64,000 bases of DNA from an uncultured cyanobacterium (GTDB taxonomy: Bacteria; Cyanobacteriota; Cyanobacteriia; Cyanobacteriales; Cyanobacteriaceae): positions 192,001 to 256,000 of the forward strand of contig CAVVOP010000022.1 of the NCBI GenBank assembly GCA_963749915.1. The letters are read 5' to 3'. Position numbers and translations under genes: made by a program. Below the pieces are notes generated by a model that saw nothing but the letters and a program-made list of their open reading frames with translations, had not been told where the DNA came from and searched no databases. Positions within the stretch are counted from its first letter, which is position 1, and each line of letters opens with the position of its first letter. Positions 52,291 to 62,365 of the stretch are shown here, piece after piece.

Positions 52291-52521
52291 GCAAGCCAAG
52301 TGAGCTGCTCATTTCCGACTAACTTCTGAGAAGGGAATATTTCTACTTTTACGCCCCAACCTTTGAAGGTTTAGGAAAACTAGGGGCGATTTGGCTTGAA
52401 AAGTTTTTTCAGTCCCATAACCATAGGGGAATTGCCAATAGATAACCAGAAAAATTTATTAACACGATCTTCTTAAGTTACGTTACGATTAGTAAGATCA
52501 AAATTATGAGGAGTCTTAAAA

Positions 52522-52932
52522 ATGATTAAAAATATCTTGAAAATGTGTTCTTTAGCAGTTGTTACCGTTGCCGCTCAAAGTTTAGTTCCTCTGGTTGCCC
52601 AAGCAGAGACTTCTAGTCTCAGTGATGGTGTAATGTGTGTAGCTAAAGGCACTGTTAGTGGGAAGCGCATTTGGTTTCAAACCTCTGTCATTGATGATGC
52701 CACGATGAAAACTAATGGAACACCCGTGACAGTTTTGATCACCGAAGCTAAAACTACTGGTCCTGCCTCGGAAACAATGGTAGCAGGAAAGGGAACGACC
52801 ACTTATCTTGGCGACAACCGCTATAGTGGTAAGACAGAAACGGATACCCCGCTATCCTTCTCTCTATCCAGCAATTATTCCCACATTGCCTTGCGGCACG
52901 GTGACGACCTCTTTGCCGGAGTCTGTCATTAA
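52522..52932 (+). CDS. Secreted hypothetical protein
   Basis: GAGGAG RBS, signal ending AQA|E, and Cys near both ends of the mature chain. Confidence 0.75.
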   Translation: MIKNILKMCSLAVVTVAAQSLVPLVAQAETSSLSDGVMCVAKGTVSGKRIWFQTSVIDDATMKTNGTPVTVLITEAKTTGPASETMVAGKGTTTYLGDNRYSGKTETDTPLSFSLSSNYSHIALRHGDDLFAGVCH

Positions 52933-53013
52933 TCTCAAAGAGATTGATTCCCCGTTGTAGATTGCCTCCCGCCCTCGCTACAACGGCTAGATTATATATT
53001 TTTTAAAACTATT

Positions 53014-53463
53014 ATGAAGCGTCTACCACTGCTAAAACTTCTAACTTTTGGTTTGATTTTAACCTCTGCAAACTATATCCCCGGTCATCTTGCCGCTCAA
53101 ATTCCTAAACAACCTGAAATGGAAATGGATGGTACAAATATAGATAATTTACCTAACGACCCACAGCAAATGACTACTTGGCTTTGCAATCAAGACACTA
53201 AAGAAATCGTCGTTGAAGTAAAGGATGTGGCTATTTGGCCAAAAATGCTTGAAAACGAAGGTTGGCAATGTCAGGAAACTTTATCGGCTATTCCAGTTAA
53301 TTCAGAAAAGTTTTATTGTACCCCCACTAAGGATATCGGTATTCTAACCGTATTTTGGGTCAAAGGGGAAGGTGGAAAAGAGCAAATGCAAGCTTGGTTA
53401 GATGAGTTAAGGAAAAACCAAGGTATGGTTTGTTATATCAACCACAATCAATTTTGGCAATAG
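53014..53463 (+). CDS. Secreted hypothetical protein
   Basis: Signal peptide and four Cys. Confidence 0.75.
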   Translation: MKRLPLLKLLTFGLILTSANYIPGHLAAQIPKQPEMEMDGTNIDNLPNDPQQMTTWLCNQDTKEIVVEVKDVAIWPKMLENEGWQCQETLSAIPVNSEKFYCTPTKDIGILTVFWVKGEGGKEQMQAWLDELRKNQGMVCYINHNQFWQ

Positions 53464-53541
53464 ATAGTTTTTAGCCTCATCGGCATTCAGTGCGATCATT
53501 TAATCATTATTAATTAATTTTTAGTCAAGAGGAAATTTATC

Positions 53542-54243
53542 ATGAACAAAATCACTTGCTATTTAATAACTCTAACCCCGTTCGTCTTTTCGGCATTCGC
53601 TTGGACGATACAGCCCTTGCCAGCAGAAGCTCAAATGCGAGGGGGGGATTCCCAGCAGTTCTTTGAGGAAGGGAACGAGCAGATGCAACAAAATATTCAA
53701 GACCTAGAACAGGAAAGAGAGAAAAAAGAAGAACCATTAGGAGAAACTCTCAGTATAGGCGAAAAAGACCCTAGTGAACCACAAATAGAAAAAGATCCCA
53801 CTAAACCAGAGGTTGAAGACGTTCCTGATCCCGGTCAAGAAAAACCAGATGTTCAAGGGTCAGAACCAGAAAAAGAGAAAAAAGAAGAACCACTAGAAAA
53901 AACTCCCAATGTAGGCGAAAAAGACCCCACTAAACCAGAGGTTGAAGACGTTCCTGGTCCCGGTCAAGAAAAACCAGATATTCAAGGGTCAGAACCAGAA
54001 AAAGACCCCACTAAACCAGAGGTTGAAGACGTTCCTGGTCCCGATCAAGAAAAAATGGATATTCAAGGGTTGGAACAGGAAAGAGAGAAAAAAGAAGAAA
54101 CATTGGAAAGAACTCTCAATGTAGGCGAAAAAGACCCCAATAAACCAGAGTTTAAAGACGTTCCTGGCCCCGGTGAACAACTGGGACTGGATGAAAACCA
54201 ACCTTTCGCCCCCACCGATGAAGAAGCAGAAATCAAGCTTTAA
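53542..54243 (+). CDS. Secreted acidic Pro/Glu/Lys-rich repeat protein
   Basis: GAGGA RBS, signal ending AEA|Q, and four KDP(T/N)KPE(V/F)(E/K)DVP units. Confidence 0.75.
   Translation: MNKITCYLITLTPFVFSAFAWTIQPLPAEAQMRGGDSQQFFEEGNEQMQQNIQDLEQEREKKEEPLGETLSIGEKDPSEPQIEKDPTKPEVEDVPDPGQEKPDVQGSEPEKEKKEEPLEKTPNVGEKDPTKPEVEDVPGPGQEKPDIQGSEPEKDPTKPEVEDVPGPDQEKMDIQGLEQEREKKEETLERTLNVGEKDPNKPEFKDVPGPGEQLGLDENQPFAPTDEEAEIKL
53791..54177 (+). repeat. Intragenic mosaic tandem repeat
   Basis: AAAGAYCCCA.TAAACCAGAG starts at 53791, 53920, 54001 and 54130 (periods 129, 81 and 129 bp). Confidence 0.88.
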
Positions 54244-54267
54244 ATTAACAAATAAGGGGAATTTTTC

Positions 54268-55020
54268 ATGTTTTATTGTTCTAGTTTATTAAAGGTATAT
54301 ATCATCAAAAATATTCGATTATTTCAATATTTATTAAGTTTTTTGACTATGGTTAGCCTCTCTAATTTAGAACTTTTATTCCCTAAATTAGCCCAAGCTC
54401 AAAAAGCAGATGATTTAGTAAGTTTACAATTTCCATCTGGGGTCAAAAATCAAATTTCTCTTGGTAATACTTGCCAAGATTCACACGGAAAACCCATGAT
54501 AGTTTTAATGCCTGCCATTAAAACTGAATCAGGGGGAACAAAAAACTATGGCAAAACGATTAACTCTAATCCAATAATTTTGATTTATGTACCAGAAAAA
54601 GGAAAAACAGTAAAAATACAAGTCAATAATGCAGATGGAAAAGGATTAGAGTCAAGAGTAATTAATCTATTCGGAGAGGCTGGTATTCTCAAAATTAATT
54701 TGTTAGCTTATAGTGAGCTAGAGCAAGGAGAGACTTACAATTTTGCTCTTGATTTAGTTTGTGACTCAGGGAAAAATCTCAATTTCACAGCAGAAATAAA
54801 AAGAGAAAATTTAGCAAAAGATATTGAAAAATTGCTTACTGAAGAAGAAGATACTTTGGCACAAATTCAAATTTATGCAGAGAACGATCTTTGGTTTGAG
54901 ACCTTGGCTTTAATGGCAGAAATTCGCCAAGAAAACCAACAAGAATGGGAGGAACTGTTAAATTCCGTTGGTTTACAAGCATATCAGAATGAGGTTTTTA
55001 TTCTTGATGACTCCAATTAG
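54268..55020 (+). CDS. DUF928 domain protein
   Basis: YGKT..P.I.IYVP, LE.G..Y.F..LVC, YAENDLWFETL and WEELLNSVGL motifs; the start may be downstream. Confidence 0.8.
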   Translation: MFYCSSLLKVYIIKNIRLFQYLLSFLTMVSLSNLELLFPKLAQAQKADDLVSLQFPSGVKNQISLGNTCQDSHGKPMIVLMPAIKTESGGTKNYGKTINSNPIILIYVPEKGKTVKIQVNNADGKGLESRVINLFGEAGILKINLLAYSELEQGETYNFALDLVCDSGKNLNFTAEIKRENLAKDIEKLLTEEEDTLAQIQIYAENDLWFETLALMAEIRQENQQEWEELLNSVGLQAYQNEVFILDDSN

Positions 55021-55144
55021 GAGTTGCACTTCCATTGACAGCCCTTCTCCCCTCTCTCTTGATGCGCTACCAAGTGCGTCTTTCGCCGAAGCGGGCACTG
55101 CCTCCTGCCCTCTTCAAAATATTCAACCTTAAGAGGTATTTTTT

Positions 55145-55612
55145 ATGGGTTATCGTCCTATCCTGTTCGCCATTTTTGCTTCTTTAATCAGCTTTCCCTT
55201 CCCAAGTCAAGGGGAAACCTGTATGCCTCTGTCGCTGGTTGGCGGTCAAGGAAGTGAAGTAACTAAGACCGTCTCTCAACCTACCATTCCGGGTCCTTTT
55301 GGTGTTGATATTACTCGTAACAATTGGAATACTGATTGGGCAGTTCCTAGCGATCGCAGTTTCCGGAGTTTTGTGGCAACGATTGTTTCGGAAAAAGGCG
55401 GTTCTTTTGACATCAAAATGTATCTTAAATACAGCGACCAAACGGCTGGCGAATTTTACAACGCTAGTGGAGTTCAACTAAATTCGCGGGATCCCTTAAA
55501 AATTACGGCCGGGTCGCGTACAAATGATGAACCCTATCAAGTAAATCTGTTTGTTGGTGGCTTAAATCACATTGGCAATAGCTATAAGGCATCTGTGTTT
55601 GGCTGCTTATAG
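55145..55612 (+). CDS. Secreted hypothetical protein
   Basis: GAGG RBS, signal peptide, terminal Cys pair and NWNTDWAVP. Confidence 0.75.
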   Translation: MGYRPILFAIFASLISFPFPSQGETCMPLSLVGGQGSEVTKTVSQPTIPGPFGVDITRNNWNTDWAVPSDRSFRSFVATIVSEKGGSFDIKMYLKYSDQTAGEFYNASGVQLNSRDPLKITAGSRTNDEPYQVNLFVGGLNHIGNSYKASVFGCL

Positions 55613-55839
55613 CCGTGTTCAAATGAATGATAGAGTTAAAAACAGATACTTCCATTTATACAAAGGAAATAATTGGACTTTACTCAAATAAGCCATTAAT
55701 TCTTCCGGGAAATATAGATTGATCTTGATTTTTTAAGGTATGATCCCACTAAAATGTAAAATAATTGGGGACGTCAAGGGCATTTTTGTTGATTTTCAAC
55801 CCCCAATTATAGACAAAACTATTATGTGAGGAATTAAAT

Positions 55840-57276
55840 ATGGTACTTTCTGTTACTAAAAACTCGTCTTTGTCAGATTATAAAATCTCAAAACCTAGCG
55901 ATCACTTGCCCGATAAATTATTCGGTACAGACGGTATTCGAGGCAAAGTTGGGGATTTATTAACGCCTAATTTGGCTTTACAGGCAGGGTTGGCGGCGGG
56001 TAATGTTTGGCAAGAAGAGTTTAAGGCTTCCGAGGGTGTTGTTATCATTGGGCAAGATTCCCGTAATTCTAGTGATATGTTATCAATGAACATCGCATTA
56101 GGTTTGACCTCTCTAGGTTTGGATGTGTGGAATATTGGTTTATGCCCTACTCCTTGTGTAGCTTACTTAACAAAGACAACAGAAGCTATGGGAGGGATCA
56201 TGATTTCTGCCAGTCATAACCCTCCAGAAGATAACGGAATCAAGTTTTTTGGTTCTGATGGTACTAAGTTAGATCAATTGTTGACCAATGCCATCGAAAA
56301 GACTCTCCGCAAAAATATCGACAATGAAATTAGCTTAAACGGAGGTAAATGCGGTGAAAATAGTCAACAACACCATTTACTAAAAAATTATGCTCATTTT
56401 TTAAGAATGTCCCTCCCTCCTGATTTAGACTTTGGGGGAATGCGTATTGTCTTAGATTTGGCCTGGGGGGCATCTGTAGAACTTGCCCCTGTTCTATTTG
56501 AGGCTTTAGGGGCGGAGGTTATTTCTTTACATAATCGACCAGATGGCGATCGCATCAACGTTGATTGTGGTTCAACTCATTTAGAGAAATTGCAACAAGC
56601 AGTACAAAAATACGAGGCGAATATCGGATTTGCCTTTGACGGTGATGCAGATAGAGTTATGGCAGTAGATGCTAAAGGTCGTGTTGTTTGCGGTGACTAT
56701 ATTCTTTATTTATGGGGTAAATACTTAAAAGAGCACAATTTGTTACCTGATAACTTATTAGTAACTACAGTTATGGCAAATTTAGGCTTTGAATTAGCAT
56801 GGCAAAAATTAGGTGGTAAATTCTTGCGCACGGCGGTTGGTGATCAATATGTTCAAGCTGCCATGTGGGAAACGGGTGCTATGCTGGGGGGTGAACAATC
56901 AGGACATATTCTCTGTCATCATCATCATTTTTCGGGGGATGGCATTCAAACGGCTTTACAATTAACGGCCTTAGTCAGACAGCAGGGTAATTGTTTAGTG
57001 TCTTTAGTAAATAATAGCTTTATTCGGTATCCCCAAGTATTGAAGAATGTAAGGGTAGAAAACCAAGAAAAACGCTTAAATTGGCAGGATTGCTACCCAT
57101 TACAACGGGCGATCGCCAAGGCGGAAGAAGCCATGGGTCGTGAAGGTAGAGTCCTAGTAAGGGCATCAGGTACAGAGCCCTTAATTCGGGTAATGGTAGA
57201 AGCAGAAAACGAGAATTTAGTCAACTATTGGATAGATTATTTAGTTAGAGTTGTCGAACAAAACTTCAACAACTAA
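55840..57276 (+). CDS. glmM: Phosphoglucosamine mutase
   Basis: [28 protein letters not shown] and RASGTEP motifs. Confidence 0.95.
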   Translation: MVLSVTKNSSLSDYKISKPSDHLPDKLFGTDGIRGKVGDLLTPNLALQAGLAAGNVWQEEFKASEGVVIIGQDSRNSSDMLSMNIALGLTSLGLDVWNIGLCPTPCVAYLTKTTEAMGGIMISASHNPPEDNGIKFFGSDGTKLDQLLTNAIEKTLRKNIDNEISLNGGKCGENSQQHHLLKNYAHFLRMSLPPDLDFGGMRIVLDLAWGASVELAPVLFEALGAEVISLHNRPDGDRINVDCGSTHLEKLQQAVQKYEANIGFAFDGDADRVMAVDAKGRVVCGDYILYLWGKYLKEHNLLPDNLLVTTVMANLGFELAWQKLGGKFLRTAVGDQYVQAAMWETGAMLGGEQSGHILCHHHHFSGDGIQTALQLTALVRQQGNCLVSLVNNSFIRYPQVLKNVRVENQEKRLNWQDCYPLQRAIAKAEEAMGREGRVLVRASGTEPLIRVMVEAENENLVNYWIDYLVRVVEQNFNN

Positions 57277-57461
57277 CAATTAACAATTAGGGTTAGGTTG
57301 ATACTAAATCTCTTCCGGCACTCTGGCAAGGGTTTGACAGAGGCTAAACTACAAAATAATCTGATTTTTAGATCAAATACAGCGACAATGGTTGAGTAAA
57401 ATATTAACTCAGGCATGGAAAAGTTTACGGCAATAGACTTTTTCGCCAGAATCCAGTTTTT

Positions 57462-58736
57462 ATGGGAATCACAGTGAGTAATAGGCAACTTTTTCAACAG
57501 GTAAGAATTTTAGATCCTTTTTCGGCGATGGACAAAGTTAGTGATGTATTATTGGATCAGGGCATCATTACGGAAATTAGCGATCACATTGTTACAGAAA
57601 AAGATCAAACTCGATTAATAGATGGTAAGGGTTTAATTTTAGCACCCGGATTGGTAGATTTGTATAGTAGAAGTGGTGAGCCAGGTTACGAAGAAAGAGA
57701 AACCCTAAAAAGTTTGACAGAAGCTTCACAGGTAGGAGGTTTTACCCGCTTAGCTATTTTACCGAATACTAATCCCATCATCGATAATCCTAGTATTGTT
57801 ACATGGATAAAGCAAAAAACAACTCATTGCAAGACGAAATTTTATCTTTGGGGGGGATTAACTCAAAATTTAGAGGGGATTGCTATTGCAGAGTTAGCTG
57901 ATTTAGCAGAATCGGGAGTGGTTGGTTTCACGGATAATCATCCCCATAGTAATTTACAATTGGTGAGAAAATTATTAGAGTATGCCCAACCTTTTAATTT
58001 ACCCGTGGCTTTGGTACCGACAAATGTGCAATTAAGAGGGAATGGAGTTGTGAGGGAAAGTCGTACTTCTATTCGTCTCGGTTTAGTTGGAAATCCAGAA
58101 ATTGCGGAAACCGTTGCCATTGCCTCTATTTTAGAAATTGTTTCCCTAACGAAAACTCCTGTTCATTTAATGCGCATCTCTACCGCAAGGGGGGCACAAT
58201 TAATTAAACAAGCCAAAGAGAGTAATTTACCCGTTACCGCTAGTGTCAATTGGCATCATTTACTGTTAAACACTGAAATTGTCGCTAGTTATAACCCCAA
58301 TGTAAAATTTGAGCCTCCTTTAGGTACGGAAATCGATCGACTTGGTTTAGTAAAGGCTATTAAGGATAATATCATTGACGCCATCGCAGTGGATCATACC
58401 CCTTATACTTATGAAGAAAAAACTGTCGCCTTTGCACAAGCACCAACAGGAGCGATAGGATTAGAGTTAGCCTTACCGTTACTATGGCATAATCTCGTCA
58501 TCACAGGAGAATTGTCACCGTTGGAATTATGGCGCAGTTTGAGTGTTAATCCTTTAAAATGTTTAAATCAAGATCTTATTAAACTACAAGTAGGGCAACC
58601 TGCGGAGTTAACCTTGTTCTCTCCCCAACAGACATGGCAAGTTACCCCTTCTCAACTGAAATCTTTATCTTTTAATACTTATTGGTTGGATAAACAATTA
58701 AAAGGGAAAATAGTGCCCCTAGAAATAGGGTGTTGA
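57462..58736 (+). CDS. pyrC: Dihydroorotase-like protein (PyrC'-type, probably inactive)
   Basis: PGLVDL..GEPG.E.RET, GGFT, PNT.P and DH.P motifs; the HxH metal motif is replaced by YSR. Confidence 0.8.
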   Translation: MGITVSNRQLFQQVRILDPFSAMDKVSDVLLDQGIITEISDHIVTEKDQTRLIDGKGLILAPGLVDLYSRSGEPGYEERETLKSLTEASQVGGFTRLAILPNTNPIIDNPSIVTWIKQKTTHCKTKFYLWGGLTQNLEGIAIAELADLAESGVVGFTDNHPHSNLQLVRKLLEYAQPFNLPVALVPTNVQLRGNGVVRESRTSIRLGLVGNPEIAETVAIASILEIVSLTKTPVHLMRISTARGAQLIKQAKESNLPVTASVNWHHLLLNTEIVASYNPNVKFEPPLGTEIDRLGLVKAIKDNIIDAIAVDHTPYTYEEKTVAFAQAPTGAIGLELALPLLWHNLVITGELSPLELWRSLSVNPLKCLNQDLIKLQVGQPAELTLFSPQQTWQVTPSQLKSLSFNTYWLDKQLKGKIVPLEIGC

Positions 58737-58962
58737 TTTTTTACACCATAGTTCATACTGTTTTTATTACCAATGGCTTAGAATTATTTGTTTATTTAAA
58801 TATTATAGTTACTAATCTTCAAAGTGGTTTTATAATGAGTGGGAAACCTGACTTGAAGGGGTAACCATCAGCCCAATGAGGCACTGAAGTGGGCAGGATG
58901 AAAATCCAAAAAAGTTTAGACAATTTGTTGTCGCTTTAAGAAATAAATAAAAGGAGTAGAAA

Positions 58963-59667
58963 ATGTCAACAGTTTTTGATTTAATGGCGAAACCTTTGGG
59001 AAAAATACTAGAAGAAGCTGGGTTAATAAATCAAGGACAGTCACAGGTAGTTTTAATGGAGCAAAATATTTATGATAATTTAAAATTTGGTGAGATTTTG
59101 GTTCTTCATGGTTGGTTAAAGCAAGAAACAGCAGATTTTTTTGCGGAAACAATGCGACAACTAATCAAAAAAGAAACTTTTGATCTGCAAATTGGCAAGT
59201 TTTTTAAACAAGCAGGTTTATTATCAGAACAAGATATTCAGAGTATTTTAAATGAACAAAAAAACACAGGCATAAAATTTGGTTCTATAGCTGTATTGAA
59301 AGGATTTATAAAAGAACAAACGTTAGATTTTTTTCTCAAATACTTTAGCGGGACTCATGAAAAAAGCGATCTTCAGTATAAAGATAAGGACACCTTAACA
59401 GAAAGAAGATTATCTCTTCAGAATCAAAATAAATCATACCTATCTGATTACTACGATCTGGCTATGGCTTATTTTGCCAAAGCTAGTTCCGTAAGCACTA
59501 AATTAGAAAAGCTCAAAATATTGCAAGATTTTTTGAATTTGTACCACAACATTGAAAGACTGCAAATGCAAAATGATCCCGATATTGGAAAATTACCGAA
59601 AGAAGCACAACATCGGCTTGATCAGGTTTATGCCTTGGTCTTAGCGGAATTGGCTAAACTCCGGTAA
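58963..59667 (+). CDS. Protein with tandem MshEN-like (T2SSE_N) motifs
   Basis: PLGKILEEAGLI..Q, KFGEILVLHGWL, QIGKFFKQAGLL..Q and KFGSIAVLKGFI; AAGGAG RBS. Confidence 0.72.
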   Translation: MSTVFDLMAKPLGKILEEAGLINQGQSQVVLMEQNIYDNLKFGEILVLHGWLKQETADFFAETMRQLIKKETFDLQIGKFFKQAGLLSEQDIQSILNEQKNTGIKFGSIAVLKGFIKEQTLDFFLKYFSGTHEKSDLQYKDKDTLTERRLSLQNQNKSYLSDYYDLAMAYFAKASSVSTKLEKLKILQDFLNLYHNIERLQMQNDPDIGKLPKEAQHRLDQVYALVLAELAKLR

Positions 59668-59917
59668 CTGTAATTGCTTGAATGGGAAATATTATCATCC
59701 CAGCAATTTTTATCTTGTAGAAGTACAAAAGTAGCCTAAAAATTTTTACAGGGGACCGGAACTAAATTTCAGGCATTGCACCATTGGCGAACGATATACA
59801 ATTTTTTACGGAGTTCAAATAAATATTTATCTCGAGGGATCGCCTAATGTTAAAACTTTTATCAAAAAATTACGATCTAATCCCACAGATTTTTGGTTCA
59901 CGACTAGTATTTTTTAA

Positions 59918-59998
59918 TGCGGATGGCGAGACTCGAACTCGCAAGGCAAAGCCACACGCCCCTCAAGCGTGCGCGTATACCAATTCCGCCACATCCGC
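59918..59998 (-). tRNA. tRNA-Leu(GAG)
   Basis: GCGGATG/CATCCGC acceptor stem, anticodon arm CACGC-TTGAGGG-GCGTG, long variable arm and GTTCGAG T-loop; CCA not encoded. Confidence 0.96.
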
Positions 59999-60085
59999 AA
60001 AGGCTCACAACCCAGTATTATAGCTTATTGTTCTTGAATCAGTCAAGTATAATAAGGAAAAGTTTTTACGAGATGGCTGTCAGTA

Positions 60086-61225
60086 ATGTTAAATAAATTT
60101 ATCGGTTTATCCTTGTTGAGTCTCAGTTCTAATTTTGTATTTAATAGTCATTCATTGGCTCAATCTATACCTTTAAAACCTGTTGATAATGTGCCGATCA
60201 AAATAGTTGATGAACAATTATTTACCCGTGACAAACAAGCATTAATACGGGGGATCGATCACAGTTTGCGTTATCTCAATACTGATAAGGCGAAAACTGT
60301 TTATCAAAATTATACAATGCCCGAGTTTAGTCGTGAACGGGTGATAGCTTCCTTAAAGCGTTTTCGTCAATTATTAGTTAATTCTACCAGTGCGGCACAG
60401 TTACAAAGGGCGGTAGACAAAGAATTTCGGTTTTATCAATCGGTGGGTTATGACGATCAGGGAACGGTATCTTTCACTGGTTATTTTCAGCCTGTTTATA
60501 ATGCAAGTCGTCAAAAAACGGCTGTTTATCGTTATCCTTTGTACCGTAAACCGAATGACTTTGATTCTTGGCAAAATCCCCACCCTAGCAGGTCAGATTT
60601 AGAGGGTAAAGATGGGTTAGGTAATAATAGTATTTTAAGGGGTAATGAGTTAGTTTGGTTTAGTGATCGCTTACAAGCCTATTTGGTGCAGATTCAAGGT
60701 TCAGCAAAATTGAAACTCACGGATGGTAAAATTATGACCATCGGTTATAGTGGTGCAACAGATTATCCTTATAGTAGCTTGGGGAAGGAGTTAATCAAAG
60801 ACGGGAAAATACCAGCAGACCAGATGAGTCTGCCCCGTTTAATAGCTTATTTAGAAAGTAATCCCGATGAATTAGACATCTATTTGCCTCGCAATAATCG
60901 TTTTGTTTTCTTCAAGGAAACAGGAGGAAAACCAGCCACGGGTAGTTTAAATGTTCCCGTTACCGATGAAAGATCGATTGCTACAGATAAGTCAATTATG
61001 CCTCCGGGGGCGTTGGCTTTAATTTATACACGTATTCCCCAACTAGATAACCAAAAACGGCTTGTTACTCCTAACGTTAGCCGTTATGTCTTAGATCAAG
61101 ATACAGGAAGTGCCATTAAGGGTCCGGGTAGAGTAGATATATTTTTCGGTACGGGAGACATGGCGAAAACTAAAGCGGGTTTGGTAGATTGGACAGGAGA
61201 TTTATATTACTTACTCCTTAAGTAA
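60086..61225 (+). CDS. mltA: Lytic murein transglycosylase A
   Basis: FTGYFQP, QIQGS, SIATD and QDTGSAIKGPGRVDIFFG motifs. Confidence 0.93.
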   Translation: MLNKFIGLSLLSLSSNFVFNSHSLAQSIPLKPVDNVPIKIVDEQLFTRDKQALIRGIDHSLRYLNTDKAKTVYQNYTMPEFSRERVIASLKRFRQLLVNSTSAAQLQRAVDKEFRFYQSVGYDDQGTVSFTGYFQPVYNASRQKTAVYRYPLYRKPNDFDSWQNPHPSRSDLEGKDGLGNNSILRGNELVWFSDRLQAYLVQIQGSAKLKLTDGKIMTIGYSGATDYPYSSLGKELIKDGKIPADQMSLPRLIAYLESNPDELDIYLPRNNRFVFFKETGGKPATGSLNVPVTDERSIATDKSIMPPGALALIYTRIPQLDNQKRLVTPNVSRYVLDQDTGSAIKGPGRVDIFFGTGDMAKTKAGLVDWTGDLYYLLLK

Positions 61226-61248
61226 AAAAGGCGATAAACAATTAACAA

Positions 61249-62256
61249 TTATTTACTTATTTGTTCGGTATTATTGGGAGATTGTCCGTTATTACCGCTA
61301 AAAGATTGAAATAGGGTAAATCCTGCTATCGCCACTACAGCAACAGCACCAACAATTCCGGCTATTTTTAATTTACCTTTATTATTGGTTTCTGGGACAG
61401 AATCTTCTTCGGCGGGATCTTCAGGATGGGCGTAACGATGAAAAAGAAAATCTAGGGCATAGTTGCGTAATTCGTAGTAACGAGGATCTTCAGTTATTTG
61501 CACACGATTACGGGGACGAGAAAAGGGAATTTCGAGAATTTCGCCAATTTTTGCCTTGGGACCGTTGGTCATCATTACAAGGCGATCGGCTAAAAACAAT
61601 GCTTCATCTATATCGTGGGTGATCATCATAACGGTTAATTGATGATTGCGCCAAATTTCTAATAATTCCTCTTGCAATTCTTCTTTGGTGATGGCATCTA
61701 ACGCCCCAAAAGGTTCATCTAAAATCAAGACTTCTGGACGAATAGCCAACGCACGGGCGATGGCCACCCTTTGTTTCATCCCCCCAGATAATTGATTAGG
61801 TTTCTTTTTTGCCGCTTCCGTCAAGCCAACCATGGCCAAATGTTCTTCCACAATGGTGAGTTTTTCTTGTTGATTTTTGTTTGGATAGACAGCATTAACC
61901 GCAAGAGAAACATTGTCAAAGGCTGTTTTCCAGGGCAATAAACAGTAATTCTGAAATACCATCATGCGATCAGGACCGGGTTCGGCGATAATTTTATCTT
62001 TAAGTTTAACTGTACCAGTGGTGGGCTGATTAAAACCGGAAATCATGTTTAAAAGGGTAGATTTACCACAGCCGGAATGCCCTATGACGCACACAAATTC
62101 ATTTTCTTTAACAGTCAAATTGACATCATCTAAAACTGTGTAATCGCCGTTGGGGGTTTCGTAAACCTTGGAGACTTGATCCACAGTTAAAAAGGCAGTT
62201 TTTTCGATGGTAGAAGTATTATTTTCAGTATTCATTAAACTTTGCATAATTTTCAA
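61249..62256 (-). CDS. nrtD: Nitrate ABC transporter ATP-binding subunit D
   Basis: GHSGCGKST, PGPDRMMVFQNY and [16 protein letters not shown]; follows nrtC. cmpD cannot be fully excluded. Confidence 0.82.
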   Translation of the reverse strand: MKIMQSLMNTENNTSTIEKTAFLTVDQVSKVYETPNGDYTVLDDVNLTVKENEFVCVIGHSGCGKSTLLNMISGFNQPTTGTVKLKDKIIAEPGPDRMMVFQNYCLLPWKTAFDNVSLAVNAVYPNKNQQEKLTIVEEHLAMVGLTEAAKKKPNQLSGGMKQRVAIARALAIRPEVLILDEPFGALDAITKEELQEELLEIWRNHQLTVMMITHDIDEALFLADRLVMMTNGPKAKIGEILEIPFSRPRNRVQITEDPRYYELRNYALDFLFHRYAHPEDPAEEDSVPETNNKGKLKIAGIVGAVAVVAIAGFTLFQSFSGNNGQSPNNTEQISK

Positions 62257-62365
62257 AATAGTGGTTTGTTAATAATTATTTTTATTCCTAAATCTTGGCC
62301 CCCAAATCCACAACTTTGGCGAATTTAATTATATTTCTCTGCCAGAATTGGGAGTGAAGGGAGGA

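Noticed and set aside
53700..54177. Regularly spaced repeats that could suggest a CRISPR array
   Set aside because: The repeats are in frame inside a coding ORF, the spacers are related to each other, and no cas genes are present. No CRISPR array was seen anywhere in the window.
52340..55110. Stem-loops between the secreted-cluster genes as possible attC sites
   Set aside because: They lack the RYYYAAC...GTTRRRY ends and L-box geometry; more likely terminators or REP-like elements.
55761..55810. 10-bp perfect inverted repeat ATAATTGGGG/CCCCAATTAT upstream of glmM, considered as a riboswitch or ribozyme
   Set aside because: No match to glmS or c-di-AMP consensus features that I can see; a lone hairpin is insufficient.
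59667..59998. tRNA-Leu 3' end as an island integration site
   Set aside because: No integrase and no duplicated tRNA 3' fragment were seen in the window.
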